Below, piece after piece: positions 51,089 to 62,421 of a stretch of 64,000 nucleotides of DNA (positions are counted from its first letter, which is position 1; each line of letters begins with the position of its first letter). Position numbers and translations under genes: made by a program. Source of the stretch: Okeania sp. SIO1H2 (GTDB taxonomy: Bacteria > Cyanobacteriota > Cyanobacteriia > Cyanobacteriales > Microcoleaceae). The notes below the pieces were generated by a model. That model had not been told where the DNA came from and did no database searches. It was given only the letters and a program-made list of their open reading frames with translations. The stretch covers positions 7,773 through 71,772 of the forward strand of contig NZ_JAAHGA010000036.1 in assembly GCF_010672685.1 (NCBI RefSeq). The letters run 5' to 3'.

Positions 51089-52725
51089 TTATGGGCCAGC
51101 TTGAGCGATCGCCCGAATTGTCTCAGCCCCCAAAGCCTCCACTTTTTGCTGAAACTCAGTAGCAGTAATTTCAGCCATTTGCCTTGCCTTCTCAATCTCT
51201 AAATTATTCAGTGTCTGCTGATGGGCTAACTCAGTCTCCTGACGCGCCCTCAACTGAGCCATCTCAGCCTCATGGCGAATCCGTGCTGCTTCTACTTCCT
51301 GCTGCGCCAAATTCACCGCCAACTGGCCTTGAAAAGGAGATAACATATAAGCTTGAGGTCCATTGACTAATTTTAGTTCCCCACTTTGAACATCCCGTAC
51401 ATATATACCTTCATTTTTGTCTAGGGGAATAGCCTGAAGTTTTTCTAATACTTCTAATTCCACTGGGGGAATATAATCTCTTGGCCCAGTAATCATCCAT
51501 AAATCTCCTGGTTGCCGAGTAATAACGTTTGCTCCTGTTCCCTCGGTGAAAGTTTCCTCAACTCTGATTAGGAGTGCTTCTTGTTCACCAAGAATATAGA
51601 CCTTTTTAATTCCTGTTTCTAAATCTTCTCCTGGGTGCAAAAAGAAAGATGTTCTGCCCTGACGCACTTCTTTCATACCCCACTGCGGTTTACCATCTGC
51701 ATCTATGGGATTAGTTACTATGCACCATTCGCGATCGCTTAAAGTAGTGATTTTGACTTCTCCCACTACTTCTTCATAAACGTCGGGAATATGAATTTCA
51801 GCATCTGCAAAAGTAACTAACTATTCATATCCCGCTTTGCGTTGCTGACCAAAAATATCAGTAAAAGTCCGTTTTGCTTTTAGATGTAGTGCTTGACGTT
51901 CGGTTAATACATAGGCATCAATAGTATCGACAATTTCTTCATCTACTCCAGGCAAATAAGCACCTTCTTCCCTGACCAACCATTATTCCCCAGTTCTACG
52001 TCTGTTACCTTGACGATCTATACAATTTTGTCGTGCCAGCAGTCGTAAGGCTTGGTTAGGTTTAATTATTTTAGCTATAACTGTGACTACCACTTCAACT
52101 TCTACCCTGGGAGTGTAAGTTCCTGGCCCCTCAAATAACCATTCATCCCCTGTCGTACGAGTGACAGTTTGAGACTCTCCTGCAACGATAACTGTATCAG
52201 TAAAATCTCGTATTGCTTTGAGACGTAGAGTTTGGTTTGTGTCAATTACTTGTAGTTGAGTTACATCTTCTTCGAGTATTTCTCCTGGATATAGTGGGAA
52301 AGGGTCTTGAGCAAAGCGAATTTCCAGATCGCCATATTTGAGTCTAATTTAACCATACTCATCGGCCACAAGTTGATCTGAACTATAGCAATGTGCGCTG
52401 GCATATTTACACATTATTTTTTGTACACCTTTTCTAAAATGCACTTTGAACTGGGCCTTGTAAATACCTGAGCGCTCATTGCTATATTTCTTAGTACAGG
52501 GTTAGCTGCTACACAATAATGGCGAGGTGGAACTACAATTGTCAGTTGTGGTTGTCAGACTAACCTTTCTGCATCTCCAAGGGTAATGGTTTGAGGGCCT
52601 ATTTCTAGTCTGATAACACCAGTGTTATTGTCAAGAACATGAATATACTGTTGTGGCTTCAGGAGAATTATACCATTGTTCTCTATTGTAATTGGATATT
52701 CTGTGGTACTTTTTATTTTACTCAT
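51089..52725 (-). pseudogene. Major Vault Protein (MVP) homolog, disrupted by several in-frame stops (TGA, TAA, TAA, TAG) and a frameshift; only the C-terminal 225 codons (51089-51766) form an intact ORF
   Basis: Minus-strand translation reads 'MSKIKSTTEYPITIENNGIILLKPQQYIHVLDNNTGVIRLEIGPQTITLGDAERLV*', matching MVP '[28 protein letters not shown]..DNERV'. It continues '..TIVVPPRHYCVAANPV..', '..[29 protein letters not shown]..', '..[66 protein letters not shown]', and '..VKITTLSDREWCIV.NP...FFLHPGE.LE.GI..VYILGEQEALL.....GDLWMITGPRDYIPPVELEVLE..QAIPLDKNEGIYVRDVQSGE...V.GPQAYML'. It ends in a coiled coil with 'IRAIAQAGP', matching the MVP C-terminus 'IRDLAVAGP'. Confidence 0.7.
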
Positions 52726-52788
52726 AGTTTAATAGTTTTGTAACTAGAAATCTTAAGTTATTCATTATCCATTATTAATTATCTCTTA

Positions 52789-55167
52789 CTATCGTCGCCA
52801 AATTTTAATAGTTCTGTCTTTACTACCACTAGCAATACTATTACCATCAGGACTAAAAGTAACTGTATAAATCTCATCTTTATGCCCGGTCAAAGTACTA
52901 ACTAATTCTCCTGTTTCTAAATCCCATATCTTAATATTATTATCCTTACTGCCACTAGCAATATATCGACCATCTTCGCTAATATCAACAGATACAACTT
53001 CAGCAGTATGACCAAGAATAGTTTTGATTAATTCTCCTGTTTTTAAGCTCCAAATTTTAATAGTATTATCGTAACTCCCACTCACTATTTTTTCCCCATC
53101 TGGACTAATATCAACAGACCTAATTACTCCTTCATGTCCAGTCAATGTATTAATTAATTCTCCAGTATATAAATCTTCAATTTTTATAGTTTGATCTGCA
53201 CTACCACTAACCAATATTCTGCCGTCAGGACTAATAGCAATAGAATAAACTACATCTGAGTGATCGGGGAAATTAAAAATTAAGAAACCTGTTTCTAAAT
53301 CCCAAACTTTAACTGTTTTATCTCCACTAGCACTAGCAATTGTTTGATTATCAGAACTCATAGCAACTGACCAAACAGGTGCCCAATGTTCAAATACTCG
53401 AAATAATTCTCCTGTTTCCAAATTCCAGATCATTACTCTCCAATCATAAGTACCTACCACTAATTTAGTACCATTATTATTCAAAGCAACTGACCAAATT
53501 GGAGAATCATCTGCAGCTAATGTGTTGATAATTTTTCCTGTAGGAACTTCTAAAATTTTTACTGTTGTATCTCTACTTCCAGTAACTAAATTTTCGCCAT
53601 TATCACTAAATGCAAGAGCGCCTATAGAAGCATTAAACCTAGACAAATCTTCAACTTGATAATTCTGCCAATTTAGACCTTGTTGACAATTTTGTAAAAG
53701 AGATTGAGCTTCAGCAAAAATGCTAGATTTTTCACTAATTAAAGTTCCTTGATTGATACATTCTTCATAGTTGCGCTCTATGTATAAGTTTTTTACAAAA
53801 TTAAATTTTGCCGATTCTTGTTCTTGCTGTTGTAATACTTGTTGTTGACGTAATTGTAAATAATTTTGGAATTTAAGATATCTATATATAGCAAAGATTA
53901 TTACAATTAAGGTAGCGATAAATCCTAAAATCAACTGCCAGTTAAAAGATGATTGTTTGTTATTATTGCTAAATATTTTTTTAAATTTAGTAAGTAGAGA
54001 TTTTGGTAAAACTCTGTTTTCTATTAATTCTATATCTTCTTGAGTTAGTCCTAAAATTTGCTGTAGACGCTCTAACTCCTGGCGAGTTTCTTGACTAAAA
54101 GGATATTCTTCCTGAATCGCAGCTTTTAATGTTTCTTCATATCTTTCTCCTTTCATCCGATATTTACGGTAAGGATTTAATACTTCATCCTCAATTATTT
54201 CCGTTTCTTCCCGGGAGAGTTCTAAACTTTCTCTAAGTTCATCTAAAATTCTTCTCCCGACAATAGAAATATCTCCTCTATCGCTAGCTCGACGAATAAC
54301 CTCTTCCCGATAAATTTCTTTATTATCTGTAGCGAAACTTGGAAACTCATTAATTTTTTTTAAATCTGCTATAACTTCTGCTGCTGACTGGTAACGTTCG
54401 TGAAAGTTATAGCGCACCATTTTATCTAAAATATCTGCTAGAGAAGTAGAACAATTTGTTAGGTATCGCCAAAAAATCTCTTTTTTTTCACCATTTTCAT
54501 TATCCTTTAGTTTCGATAATTCGCTGCTAGGCAATCCCGTAATTGCCTGAATGCCAATCATTCCTAAAGCATAAATATCACTATTTAATTGGGGATTATA
54601 TTCAAATTGTTCAATTGGCATATATTCCATTGTGCCAATCCTAGCTGTAGGATTTTGCTGACCAATATTAATTTCTTTAACAGCTCCAAAATCAATTAAT
54701 ACTAATTGATTATCCGATTTTCTTCTAATTAAATTAGCAGGCTTAATATCTCGATGAATAACACTATTTTCATGCACAAATACTAAAATTTCTAATACTT
54801 CATTGATAATTAAAATTACTTGTTTTTCAGATAGGGGTTTACCAGGTAATATTTCATTGTCTAAAGATTGACCAGGAATAAAAGATTGAACTAGAAAAAA
54901 CTCTCGATCTTCTTCAAAATATGCAAGTAGTTTAGGAATTCGATCATGTTGAGAAAGCTTTTCTAGCATCTGTGCTTCTTTTTGAAATCGATCGCGAACG
55001 ATATTAATTAATCTTCGATCATAAATACTTGGTTGTAGATGCTTAATAAAACATTGTGCTTCTCCAGGACGACGAATGTCTAAGGCCAGATAAGCATGGC
55101 CAATTTCCCCTGATTCAATAATTTTAATAATTTGATAGCGTCCATCTAAAATATTACCAATCATCAT
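52789..55167 (-). CDS. Serine/threonine protein kinase with C-terminal WD40 β-propeller repeats
   Basis: Kinase subdomains 'HRDIKPANL', 'DFG' and 'GTMEYMPIEQ'. A TM segment 'LILGFIATLIVIIFAIY'. At least 7 WD repeats ('GH...V.SV..S.DG..I.SGS.D.TIKIW'). Confidence 0.85.
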   Translation of the reverse strand: MMIGNILDGRYQIIKIIESGEIGHAYLALDIRRPGEAQCFIKHLQPSIYDRRLINIVRDRFQKEAQMLEKLSQHDRIPKLLAYFEEDREFFLVQSFIPGQSLDNEILPGKPLSEKQVILIINEVLEILVFVHENSVIHRDIKPANLIRRKSDNQLVLIDFGAVKEINIGQQNPTARIGTMEYMPIEQFEYNPQLNSDIYALGMIGIQAITGLPSSELSKLKDNENGEKKEIFWRYLTNCSTSLADILDKMVRYNFHERYQSAAEVIADLKKINEFPSFATDNKEIYREEVIRRASDRGDISIVGRRILDELRESLELSREETEIIEDEVLNPYRKYRMKGERYEETLKAAIQEEYPFSQETRQELERLQQILGLTQEDIELIENRVLPKSLLTKFKKIFSNNNKQSSFNWQLILGFIATLIVIIFAIYRYLKFQNYLQLRQQQVLQQQEQESAKFNFVKNLYIERNYEECINQGTLISEKSSIFAEAQSLLQNCQQGLNWQNYQVEDLSRFNASIGALAFSDNGENLVTGSRDTTVKILEVPTGKIINTLAADDSPIWSVALNNNGTKLVVGTYDWRVMIWNLETGELFRVFEHWAPVWSVAMSSDNQTIASASGDKTVKVWDLETGFLIFNFPDHSDVVYSIAISPDGRILVSGSADQTIKIEDLYTGELINTLTGHEGVIRSVDISPDGEKIVSGSYDNTIKIWSLKTGELIKTILGHTAEVVSVDISEDGRYIASGSKDNNIKIWDLETGELVSTLTGHKDEIYTVTFSPDGNSIASGSKDRTIKIWRR

Positions 55168-55479
55168 TATTGTGGTAGAGCCTTTTTTAGTTGATTATGG
55201 CATGAAACAATTTACTCATTTTGACATCTACAATTATAAAAAAAATAGTTTTAATTAAGAATATTTTCCTGATTCCAAAACTGAAAATTAGAAGTTTAAT
55301 TGTAACCCTTAATCATTAATTGATAGAGATATGTTACTCCAGAACACAAATTAATTCTGATAAAAAGTGTAATATAGAAACCAAAATAATAATTTTGGCC
55401 ACTCAAAACAAAAGCACAATTTTAACAGTGCTATCATAGACAGAAGCAAAGCTAAAATCAGGTATAGGGAGTTAAGTGG

Positions 55480-55929
55480 ATGAGCCATGAAATAATAGCA
55501 ATTAGGAGACCTGTTAGACCAAAACAGCCTATTGAGCCAAATTCTCCAAAGGAGGCGCTTCACGAACAAATTGAGTCAAAAGTAGAAAAACCAAATTCAA
55601 TAAAAAATAGCCCCTCATCAAGAACAGAAGGTACGAATGAAAGGCAATTAGGAAAACCAATAAGTAAATCAGAAAGACCCAAAAAACCAGGAAAACCAAA
55701 GCTAAAAGAATCTATCCAACAAGTCACCAATGCTAACGGAAAAGTTTTTAGTTCGGGGGATAAGATTTTAGTATCAGCACCCTGGAGTAGTATTGTAGAA
55801 GCTGAAATTACGGGTTTTTATAAAAGTCCTGGAGGTTCAATCTGGGCAATTTTTCTTCCCCAAGAATCTCTACCTAAGTGGAAGTGGGAAAAAGGTTGCA
55901 TCCGAGCTGAATTATTAAAACAAGCATAA
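55480..55929 (+). CDS. Hypothetical basic, Lys/Pro-rich protein
   Basis: 149-aa ORF with a low-complexity N-terminus and no motif. Confidence 0.3.
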   Translation: MSHEIIAIRRPVRPKQPIEPNSPKEALHEQIESKVEKPNSIKNSPSSRTEGTNERQLGKPISKSERPKKPGKPKLKESIQQVTNANGKVFSSGDKILVSAPWSSIVEAEITGFYKSPGGSIWAIFLPQESLPKWKWEKGCIRAELLKQA

Positions 55930-56981
55930 TTAAGGCAAAAAAAATCTTAAATTCAGGATAATTTAGCATCTAAAAAAAATCCTAAAAAATATAACAGGAT
56001 GATTTGGGTTGTGTAGAAAATATCCTGAATCAAATTAAGAGGAAACAGGGAAAAAATATCCTGAATAAAGGGAGGGGGGAGAGGATATATTTTAAACTTT
56101 TCTCCTGTTCCATAAATATTTAATCAAACTTGATATAACTGATACTAAATCTGATTTAGATAGGTTACTTGTTAAGGTAGTAAATATTTATCCAAATGGT
56201 TAAATTCAAACAAATCAATTTCTTAAAGTGCTGAAAGTGTTAGTTTTTCAGGAGTTAATTCTTGAGCAAATTGGAAAACAAAATTTTCTTGCTGTTTAGT
56301 TTCTATTGTGTATTGAAGAGTTTCTCTGACCTTAGCGATCGCCTCACTATCAGTTCCGGTGCTCCCTACTCCCTCTCTTGGTGAGCGTTCCTTGCCTTGG
56401 TCGATTGGATATGGCGTTAGCGCAACGGATCTGCCAGAGCGGGTTTCCTCGCCATTTCACCCTACGGGAAGCTCCAAAGATCGACCGCTTGCGTCTGTCG
56501 CACCCCGCGGGGTCGCACCGCTGCTCCCTACTCCCTAAATTTTTGATTGTGGTTATTCAAACAGACATGATATAATAGTAAAAATCCTTAAAAAAAATTT
56601 AGAGACGCGATCGCCCACATCTCTAAAATTACTATTCGACTATTTCAGCCAGAATTGATATCCTCTCGACGTTGCGCTTAGGCGACAACGTGGGATTCCT
56701 AACCATCACTGATTAGGTTTTTCTGTTCCCTCTTGCCTCCTCCGGAGGAGCTGCGCTAACAGAGGATCTGCCTCCGAGGTCTTTCCCTCTTTTTGGTCTT
56801 AAGGTCGCTCCACAGTACGTCACCAATCCGATGGCTCCCCTAGACACTGCTAGCCCAGCAGCCTCAATTTAAGTATTATAGCACATGGTTTGAAAAAAAA
56901 ACCAATCAATATTGGTTTTCCCATAGGATTATCCCGCACTCTCCTGAGGGCGGGTCTTCAACCAACGTTGAAATAAGTAAC

Positions 56982-58466
56982 TTAATTATTGCGTGACACA
57001 GAAGCCTCTTCTACAAAATTGTCACCATCTCTCCTCTGATTTTTAGGAGAAGGTTTTTGATGACGAATCTTCGGTGAGCGTGGCTTTGGCTTTGGCTTCG
57101 GAGTTTCATAGACAGGGATTTCTTCCTCCTGAGCATAATCAGGCCCCATCCAAGCAGGACGAGTTTCATCATAAGCTATCTGTAAAGCTGCTGCAGCGAT
57201 CGCATGGGGGTCATACTCTTCACCCAACTGAGCAATCAATGGTAAGAAAGAAGCCATTCGTTCCCCACTCAGAGCATCTCGTACCTTATTCTGTAACTTC
57301 TGCAACTGTCGGGCTTCAATTTGAGACCGCTTAGGAATCGAGCGAGTATCCAAACGTTGACGTAGATGACGTTCTATCAACCGTAACTTCCGCTTATCTA
57401 AAGGATTAATTAACGAAATCGCTGTACCTTCACGACCTGCACGACCTGTACGACCAATACGGTGAACATAATTTTCCACACTATCAGGTAAATCGTAGTT
57501 AATCACATGAGTTAAGTGGTCCACATCTAAACCACGAGCTGCAATATCAGTTGCCACTACCCAACGTACTTGTTGATTACGAAAGCGACTTAGCAACCGT
57601 TCTCGTTGGGATTGATTCAAGTTACCATGATATTCATCAACACTATGACCTGCTGACTGTAATTGGTTTGTTAGTTCAGCCGCTGCTTGCCTTGTCCGCA
57701 CAAATATCAAAGCTGCTTCTGGGTCTTCGAGTTCTAGAACTGGCTGTAAGGCTTTAGCTTTCGGCCAACCACGAGGCACCATGTAAGCAATCTGAGAAAT
57801 TCGCTTCGGAGTTGTCTTTTGTTGAGCAACTTTGACTGTTACTGGCGATCGCAAATATTTATTCACCAGTTTCTTGATTGAGTAGTCCATGGTAGCAGAG
57901 AAGAAAGCTGTTTGATGTTCAGTGGGTGCTGCATCCAAAATTCTTTCTACATCCTGAATAAAACCCATACTCAACATTTCGTCAGCTTCGTCTAAAACCA
58001 TCATTTTCAAACTATCTAGTTTTAAACTATTGCGACTCAGCATATCCAGAATCCGTCCTGGCGTTCCAACTACGATATGAACACCTCTTTGAAGGCGCTG
58101 AATCTGACGTTCAATAGATTGACCGCCATAAACAGTTAAGACCTGTAATCGATGTTTCGTTGGACTCTTGTTATCCAAACCAGCAATTTGACGAATCGCT
58201 TCTGTAACTTGCAGCGCTAACTCACGAGTGGGAGTCAAAATCAAAGCTTGAACTGCCTTTGTCTCCAGCTCAATTCTCTCCAATATGGGTAACGAAAACG
58301 CTGCGGTTTTACCTGTTCCTGTTTGGGCTTGACCTACAATATCGGTTCCTGCCAGCAAATGAGGTATTGCTTGGACTTGAATCGGAGTAGGTTCAGTAAA
58401 ACCAATTGTTTCCAGATGATTTACACGCTCTTGTGAAATTCCTAAATTTGCAAACGATAAATCCAT
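56982..58466 (-). CDS. crhR: DEAD-box ATP-dependent RNA helicase (cyanobacterial CrhR-type)
   Basis: Q-motif 'FTEPTPIQ'. Motif I 'AQTGTGKT'. 'PTRELA'. 'DEAD' as 'VLDEADEM'. 'SAT'. 'HRIGRTGRAG'. It lies downstream of rimO on the same strand, as in the Synechocystis rimO-crhR operon. Confidence 0.85.
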   Translation of the reverse strand: MDLSFANLGISQERVNHLETIGFTEPTPIQVQAIPHLLAGTDIVGQAQTGTGKTAAFSLPILERIELETKAVQALILTPTRELALQVTEAIRQIAGLDNKSPTKHRLQVLTVYGGQSIERQIQRLQRGVHIVVGTPGRILDMLSRNSLKLDSLKMMVLDEADEMLSMGFIQDVERILDAAPTEHQTAFFSATMDYSIKKLVNKYLRSPVTVKVAQQKTTPKRISQIAYMVPRGWPKAKALQPVLELEDPEAALIFVRTRQAAAELTNQLQSAGHSVDEYHGNLNQSQRERLLSRFRNQQVRWVVATDIAARGLDVDHLTHVINYDLPDSVENYVHRIGRTGRAGREGTAISLINPLDKRKLRLIERHLRQRLDTRSIPKRSQIEARQLQKLQNKVRDALSGERMASFLPLIAQLGEEYDPHAIAAAALQIAYDETRPAWMGPDYAQEEEIPVYETPKPKPKPRSPKIRHQKPSPKNQRRDGDNFVEEASVSRNN

Positions 58467-58757
58467 TCATTCTCCTAAGTAAATTATTTTACATCTGGTT
58501 TTGTTACCCAACTTGGAGGCAGATTTATGCTCAACTATAGCTGCTTATCAGCCCTTGCTCACGATAAACCTGTAGTTATTTGGTAGGGCAGTATGCCTTT
58601 GCCAATCACAGTTTCTACTAAATCTACTAAACTGATAGCTAACATTTTAGTAGTGTCTGTATGTTCTCAACGGCTAGGTTTTAACCTGAAGATCGACGAC
58701 AGAATTAAAGGCAAAATGCCTGTTCCTTTTCTCTCTAGTTGGGTATAGTGAAGTACC

Positions 58758-58877
58758 TGCTCTATAAAACTGATACAAAGCGTCACATAAAGTGACAAAT
58801 TGACGTTTACTTCTTGCTTCAACTGAGGCCGTCGGCGGTTACTCATCCACAAGCATTTACGGTCGAGCCGACCGCAT
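58758..58877. repeat. Second copy of the ~120-bp dispersed repeat (see 30673-30792), within the rimO-crhR spacer
   Basis: About 90% identity to the copy downstream of the isiA-psaL gene. ORF 58667..58945 is probably an artefact overlapping it. Confidence 0.7.
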
Positions 58878-59792
58878 ATCTCAAATTTATACTGGCGTTT
58901 AAATCTCCTCAAAAGGAGAATCAGCGCAGCCACCCTGCTTCTCAAGGCGGATAAATTCTGATTTTTTTTGTAGAGGCTTTCCGATTTTACAGGCAGACAA
59001 ACATGAACATTATTAAGTTATGTAGTTTGTCTGATTACCTGAACTACCGCTAGTAGATATAATAGAAAATTTATATTGTTTCTACGACCTTTTAAGTAAG
59101 TCAGGTAGGTTATCAACCACTACAATATAAAGATATAGAAATTACTACTGTCTCACACATATCAATCTCAGGAATTTTAAGCCCCTGCGATTAAGTTTCC
59201 TTTCGTCTCACTCCTAAACCTACGGCCATAGAGAGGAATTTCCTAGAGGGTCTGTTGAGAAAGGTTAGAGCCAATATTTGGCTATCGTTAAGCTGTTGTA
59301 TATATCAAGTTTCCGTTGGACAAAGGAAGAAAAAATGACCTTAATTTTGAGGTTTTCCATGTCCCAGCGTATCTACCTACATTACCGTAGGTATTTTATG
59401 ATACTTAACAGCTCCCTTTGGGTAGCTCGTCTTTATCTTCATAATGATTAACATAATAACAAATGACTTAACATTTGCCACATTTATTACATATTTTCCT
59501 GGAATTAACTTAATTTTTTAGATTTTGTACATTGATGTAGAGGTTTTGGGACATTACACACTTTTTACAGAAGTTACTTAAAAGTGATACAGGCGTTACA
59601 TGTAAAGTCTGTAAAGCAATCAAAGTTAAGAAGAATTTCTGATGTATATATTGTAATGTGTTAAGATTTTAAGTTGCGCAAGAAGCCCAGTATAGTTTAT
59701 ATCTTCATAAGTATCATTTAGTTGCAAGACTTTATGTGTCTAATGATGCTTTGGCAATCCCTAAAAATGTACCCTACACTTCAACTGAATGA

Positions 59793-61124
59793 CTAATTGC
59801 TTGATTTACTCAAATCTACATAACCATACAAATCGTAAACATCTGCATCTGTAATCATCACTGGCACAATTGAACCCAAACGAGCTTTACCTTGGAGATA
59901 AACAAGTCCATCCACTTCTGGAGAAAACCGTGGTGACCTACCAATCAACTCTCCTGTCTGAGGATTTTCCTGTTCAATCAGTACATCAACTACTTGTCCC
60001 ACTGATTTTTGATTCTGTTTTCCAGATATGGGCTGCTGGACTTGCATAATTTTTTCTCTACGGGTGTCCATCACTGCTTTGGGCAACTGATTAGGCAAAC
60101 TATAGGCGGGGGTTCCTTCTTCTGGAGAGAAAGTAAATACCCCAACATGATCGAACTCGTGACGCTTGACAAATTTCACTAAATGTGCATGATGATCTTC
60201 CGTTTCACCAGGGAAGCCCACTATAAAGGTTGTCCGCAACACGGCATTGGGCATAGCTGCTTTTATTTTTTCGATTATATCATCATTAACCCGACCTTGC
60301 CAAGGTCTATTCATGGCCCGCAATATTTGGGGATGAGAATGTTGTAAAGGCAAGTCTAGATAGGGTAAAATATTGGGAGTTTCTTGAATAGCAGCTATTA
60401 CTTTGGGAGTCAAACCTGTAGGATAGGCATAGTGCATTCTAATCCAGGGTATATCAACTTTTCCTAGGGCGCGGAGAAGTTCGGCGAGTTTGGGTTCGCC
60501 ATAAATATCGATTCCATAGTTAGTGGTTATTTGGGAGATGAGGATGATTTCTTTTACCCCTTGGTCTGCTAGTTGTTGAGCTTCAGTGACAATAGATTCT
60601 ATGGTGCGCGATCGCTGATTTCCTCGTAGATGAGGAATAATACAAAAAGCACAACGATAATCACAACCTTCAGCTATTCGCACATAAGCAACTCCTTCGG
60701 ATGTGGTGCGGTAACGTGGGGTTGTTTCATCGGCAATATAGGTGGGTTGAGGGGAGACTTCTGTGACGCGATCGCCTTTTTCTACCCGTTGCATCACATC
60801 AACTATTTTATGATAATCACCAGTCCCCACAAGTGCTACTGCTTCTGGTAACTCTGCAAGTAATTCTTCTTGGAAGTGTTGCGCCATACAACCTGCGATG
60901 ACTATTTTTTTGTTAGCTTCTGCTAATTCTACCAAAGTACGAACAGATTCTTCTCTGGCAGTTTGAATAAAACTACAGGTGTTAACGACTACATAATCTG
61001 CTAATTCTTCGTTAGCATCTACTTGATAACCCGCTTGTGCTAGTAAACCTATGATATGTTCGGTATCGATACGATTTTTTTCGCACCCTAAGTGAGAGAA
61101 TGAAATGGTAGGTTTTGTAGACAT
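59793..61124 (-). CDS. rimO: Ribosomal protein S12 methylthiotransferase RimO (radical-SAM MTTase)
   Basis: N-terminal MTTase Cys triad ('LGCEKN', 'NTCSF', 'AGCMAQ'). Radical-SAM '[13 protein letters not shown]'. C-terminal TRAM domain. 443 aa. Confidence 0.85.
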   Translation of the reverse strand: MSTKPTISFSHLGCEKNRIDTEHIIGLLAQAGYQVDANEELADYVVVNTCSFIQTAREESVRTLVELAEANKKIVIAGCMAQHFQEELLAELPEAVALVGTGDYHKIVDVMQRVEKGDRVTEVSPQPTYIADETTPRYRTTSEGVAYVRIAEGCDYRCAFCIIPHLRGNQRSRTIESIVTEAQQLADQGVKEIILISQITTNYGIDIYGEPKLAELLRALGKVDIPWIRMHYAYPTGLTPKVIAAIQETPNILPYLDLPLQHSHPQILRAMNRPWQGRVNDDIIEKIKAAMPNAVLRTTFIVGFPGETEDHHAHLVKFVKRHEFDHVGVFTFSPEEGTPAYSLPNQLPKAVMDTRREKIMQVQQPISGKQNQKSVGQVVDVLIEQENPQTGELIGRSPRFSPEVDGLVYLQGKARLGSIVPVMITDADVYDLYGYVDLSKSSN

Positions 61125-61428
61125 TTAGAGTTCTGAGTTATTAATTTTGATCGGGAATAGTCTTTATAATATAGCATATTACCTATGGCCAAATAAGGTA
61201 TGGCAGTCGAAGGAAAGGGTGCGAACAGATCGAGAGCTTAAAACTCAGACAACACAATATTTTTTCTTTTTCCTTCTTCCTTCTTTACTTCTTCCTTCTT
61301 CTTTCTGCTATAAAGCAAGTCAAAGGTCTTAAACAGACAAAAACTGGCATTAAATCCTAGAATTTGGCATCTGCCAGTCGAAAAATAAGAGTTAAAAATT
61401 AATATTGATTTTGTGAAGAAGTTCAAAG

Positions 61429-62421
61429 TTAATTAGCGGGTGTCAAAATAATTACTGTTCGCTGATTGACATCAGCAGCAGGATCGCTACCAGGGAGTGG
61501 TTGAGAAAATCCCATTCCTTTGCCAACAACCTGATATGGTAAATTCTGCTGTTTCAAATATTCGACTACTGCATTTGCTCGGTCTTGAGATATTTCTTGG
61601 TTTAACTGAGCACCACCGACCTGAGATGTATGACCTTCAACTCTAATCGTAACTTTATTAGGATCGTATTCTTTAATTTCTGAGATGAGACTATTTATAG
61701 TTTGCTCTGCTTGGGGAGATAATTCAAATTCATCAAATCCAAATTTTACTTGACCTAAAGTTTTGGCTTTACTCAAATTCTTGCCTTGTGGTTGAGATGT
61801 TGTAGATGTGTTAGTAGAGGTAGCAGCAGAAGTTTCGATTTCTGGCGATGATGTAGCAGTTGGTTGTGCAGTTCCAGATCCAGAGGTAGTAGTAATATTA
61901 GTAGTAGGTGATACGGTCGCAGATGGAGAAGTAGATACTGAGCTAGTAGTTGTTTCAGTGTCTGTGGTTTCTGTAGTTGTAGTTATAGACTCTGCTTCAG
62001 TGGTTGTTGTATCAGTTGTAATAGGAGTGGGAGACTCTGCTGTAGTAGTTGTTTCGGTTTCTGTGGTTTCTGTAGTTGTAGTTATAGACTCTGCTTCAGT
62101 GGTTGTTGTATCAGTTGTGATGGGAGTGGGAGACTCTGCTGTAGTAGTTGTTTCGGTTTCTGTAGTTTCTGTAGTTGTAGTTATAGACTCTGCTTCAGTG
62201 GTTGTTGTATCAGTTGTTTCAGTTTCTATTCTTTGTACTTGAGTAACTTCTGTTTTATCATCTACATCTTCAGTTTCAGTCAATTGAACATCAATAGTAG
62301 GTTTTTCAAAAGCTTTAGGACCTGCAAATGCCCAAGCACAAATCATCATAAAGCCCATACATCCTGCTAAGATACTAGGACTTAAAGTTTGTTGGTGATG
62401 TATTTTTTTTTCAGCAGTCAT
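61429..62421 (-). CDS. OmpA/MotB-family peptidoglycan-associated protein with triplicated Thr-rich linker
   Basis: C-terminal OmpA-like 'VTIRVEGHTSQVGGAQLNQEISQDRANAVVEYL'. An N-terminal TM. Three near-identical ~40-aa repeats 'TTTEAESITTTTETTETETTTTAESPTPITTD' from a ~120-bp DNA tandem repeat at 61850-62215. Confidence 0.7.
   Translation of the reverse strand: MTAEKKIHHQQTLSPSILAGCMGFMMICAWAFAGPKAFEKPTIDVQLTETEDVDDKTEVTQVQRIETETTDTTTTEAESITTTTETTETETTTTAESPTPITTDTTTTEAESITTTTETTETETTTTAESPTPITTDTTTTEAESITTTTETTDTETTTSSVSTSPSATVSPTTNITTTSGSGTAQPTATSSPEIETSAATSTNTSTTSQPQGKNLSKAKTLGQVKFGFDEFELSPQAEQTINSLISEIKEYDPNKVTIRVEGHTSQVGGAQLNQEISQDRANAVVEYLKQQNLPYQVVGKGMGFSQPLPGSDPAADVNQRTVIILTPAN

Noticed and set aside
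51089-52725. Programmed stop-codon readthrough or recoding in the MVP homolog
   Set aside because: Three different stop codons (TGA, TAA, TAG) plus a frameshift occur, and no single suppression mechanism fits. Pseudogene is the simpler explanation.
56580-56980. Moderately GC-rich non-coding block downstream of crhR, checked for tmRNA, RNase P RNA or SRP RNA
   Set aside because: No conserved rnpB, ssrA or ffs blocks such as GGAAAGTCCGGGCTCC or the tmRNA tag frame could be found by eye. Left unannotated. A covariance-model scan would be needed.
58667-58945. 92-aa ORF upstream of crhR
   Set aside because: It coincides with the dispersed 120-bp repeat copy and lacks an RBS, so it is a likely non-coding leader.
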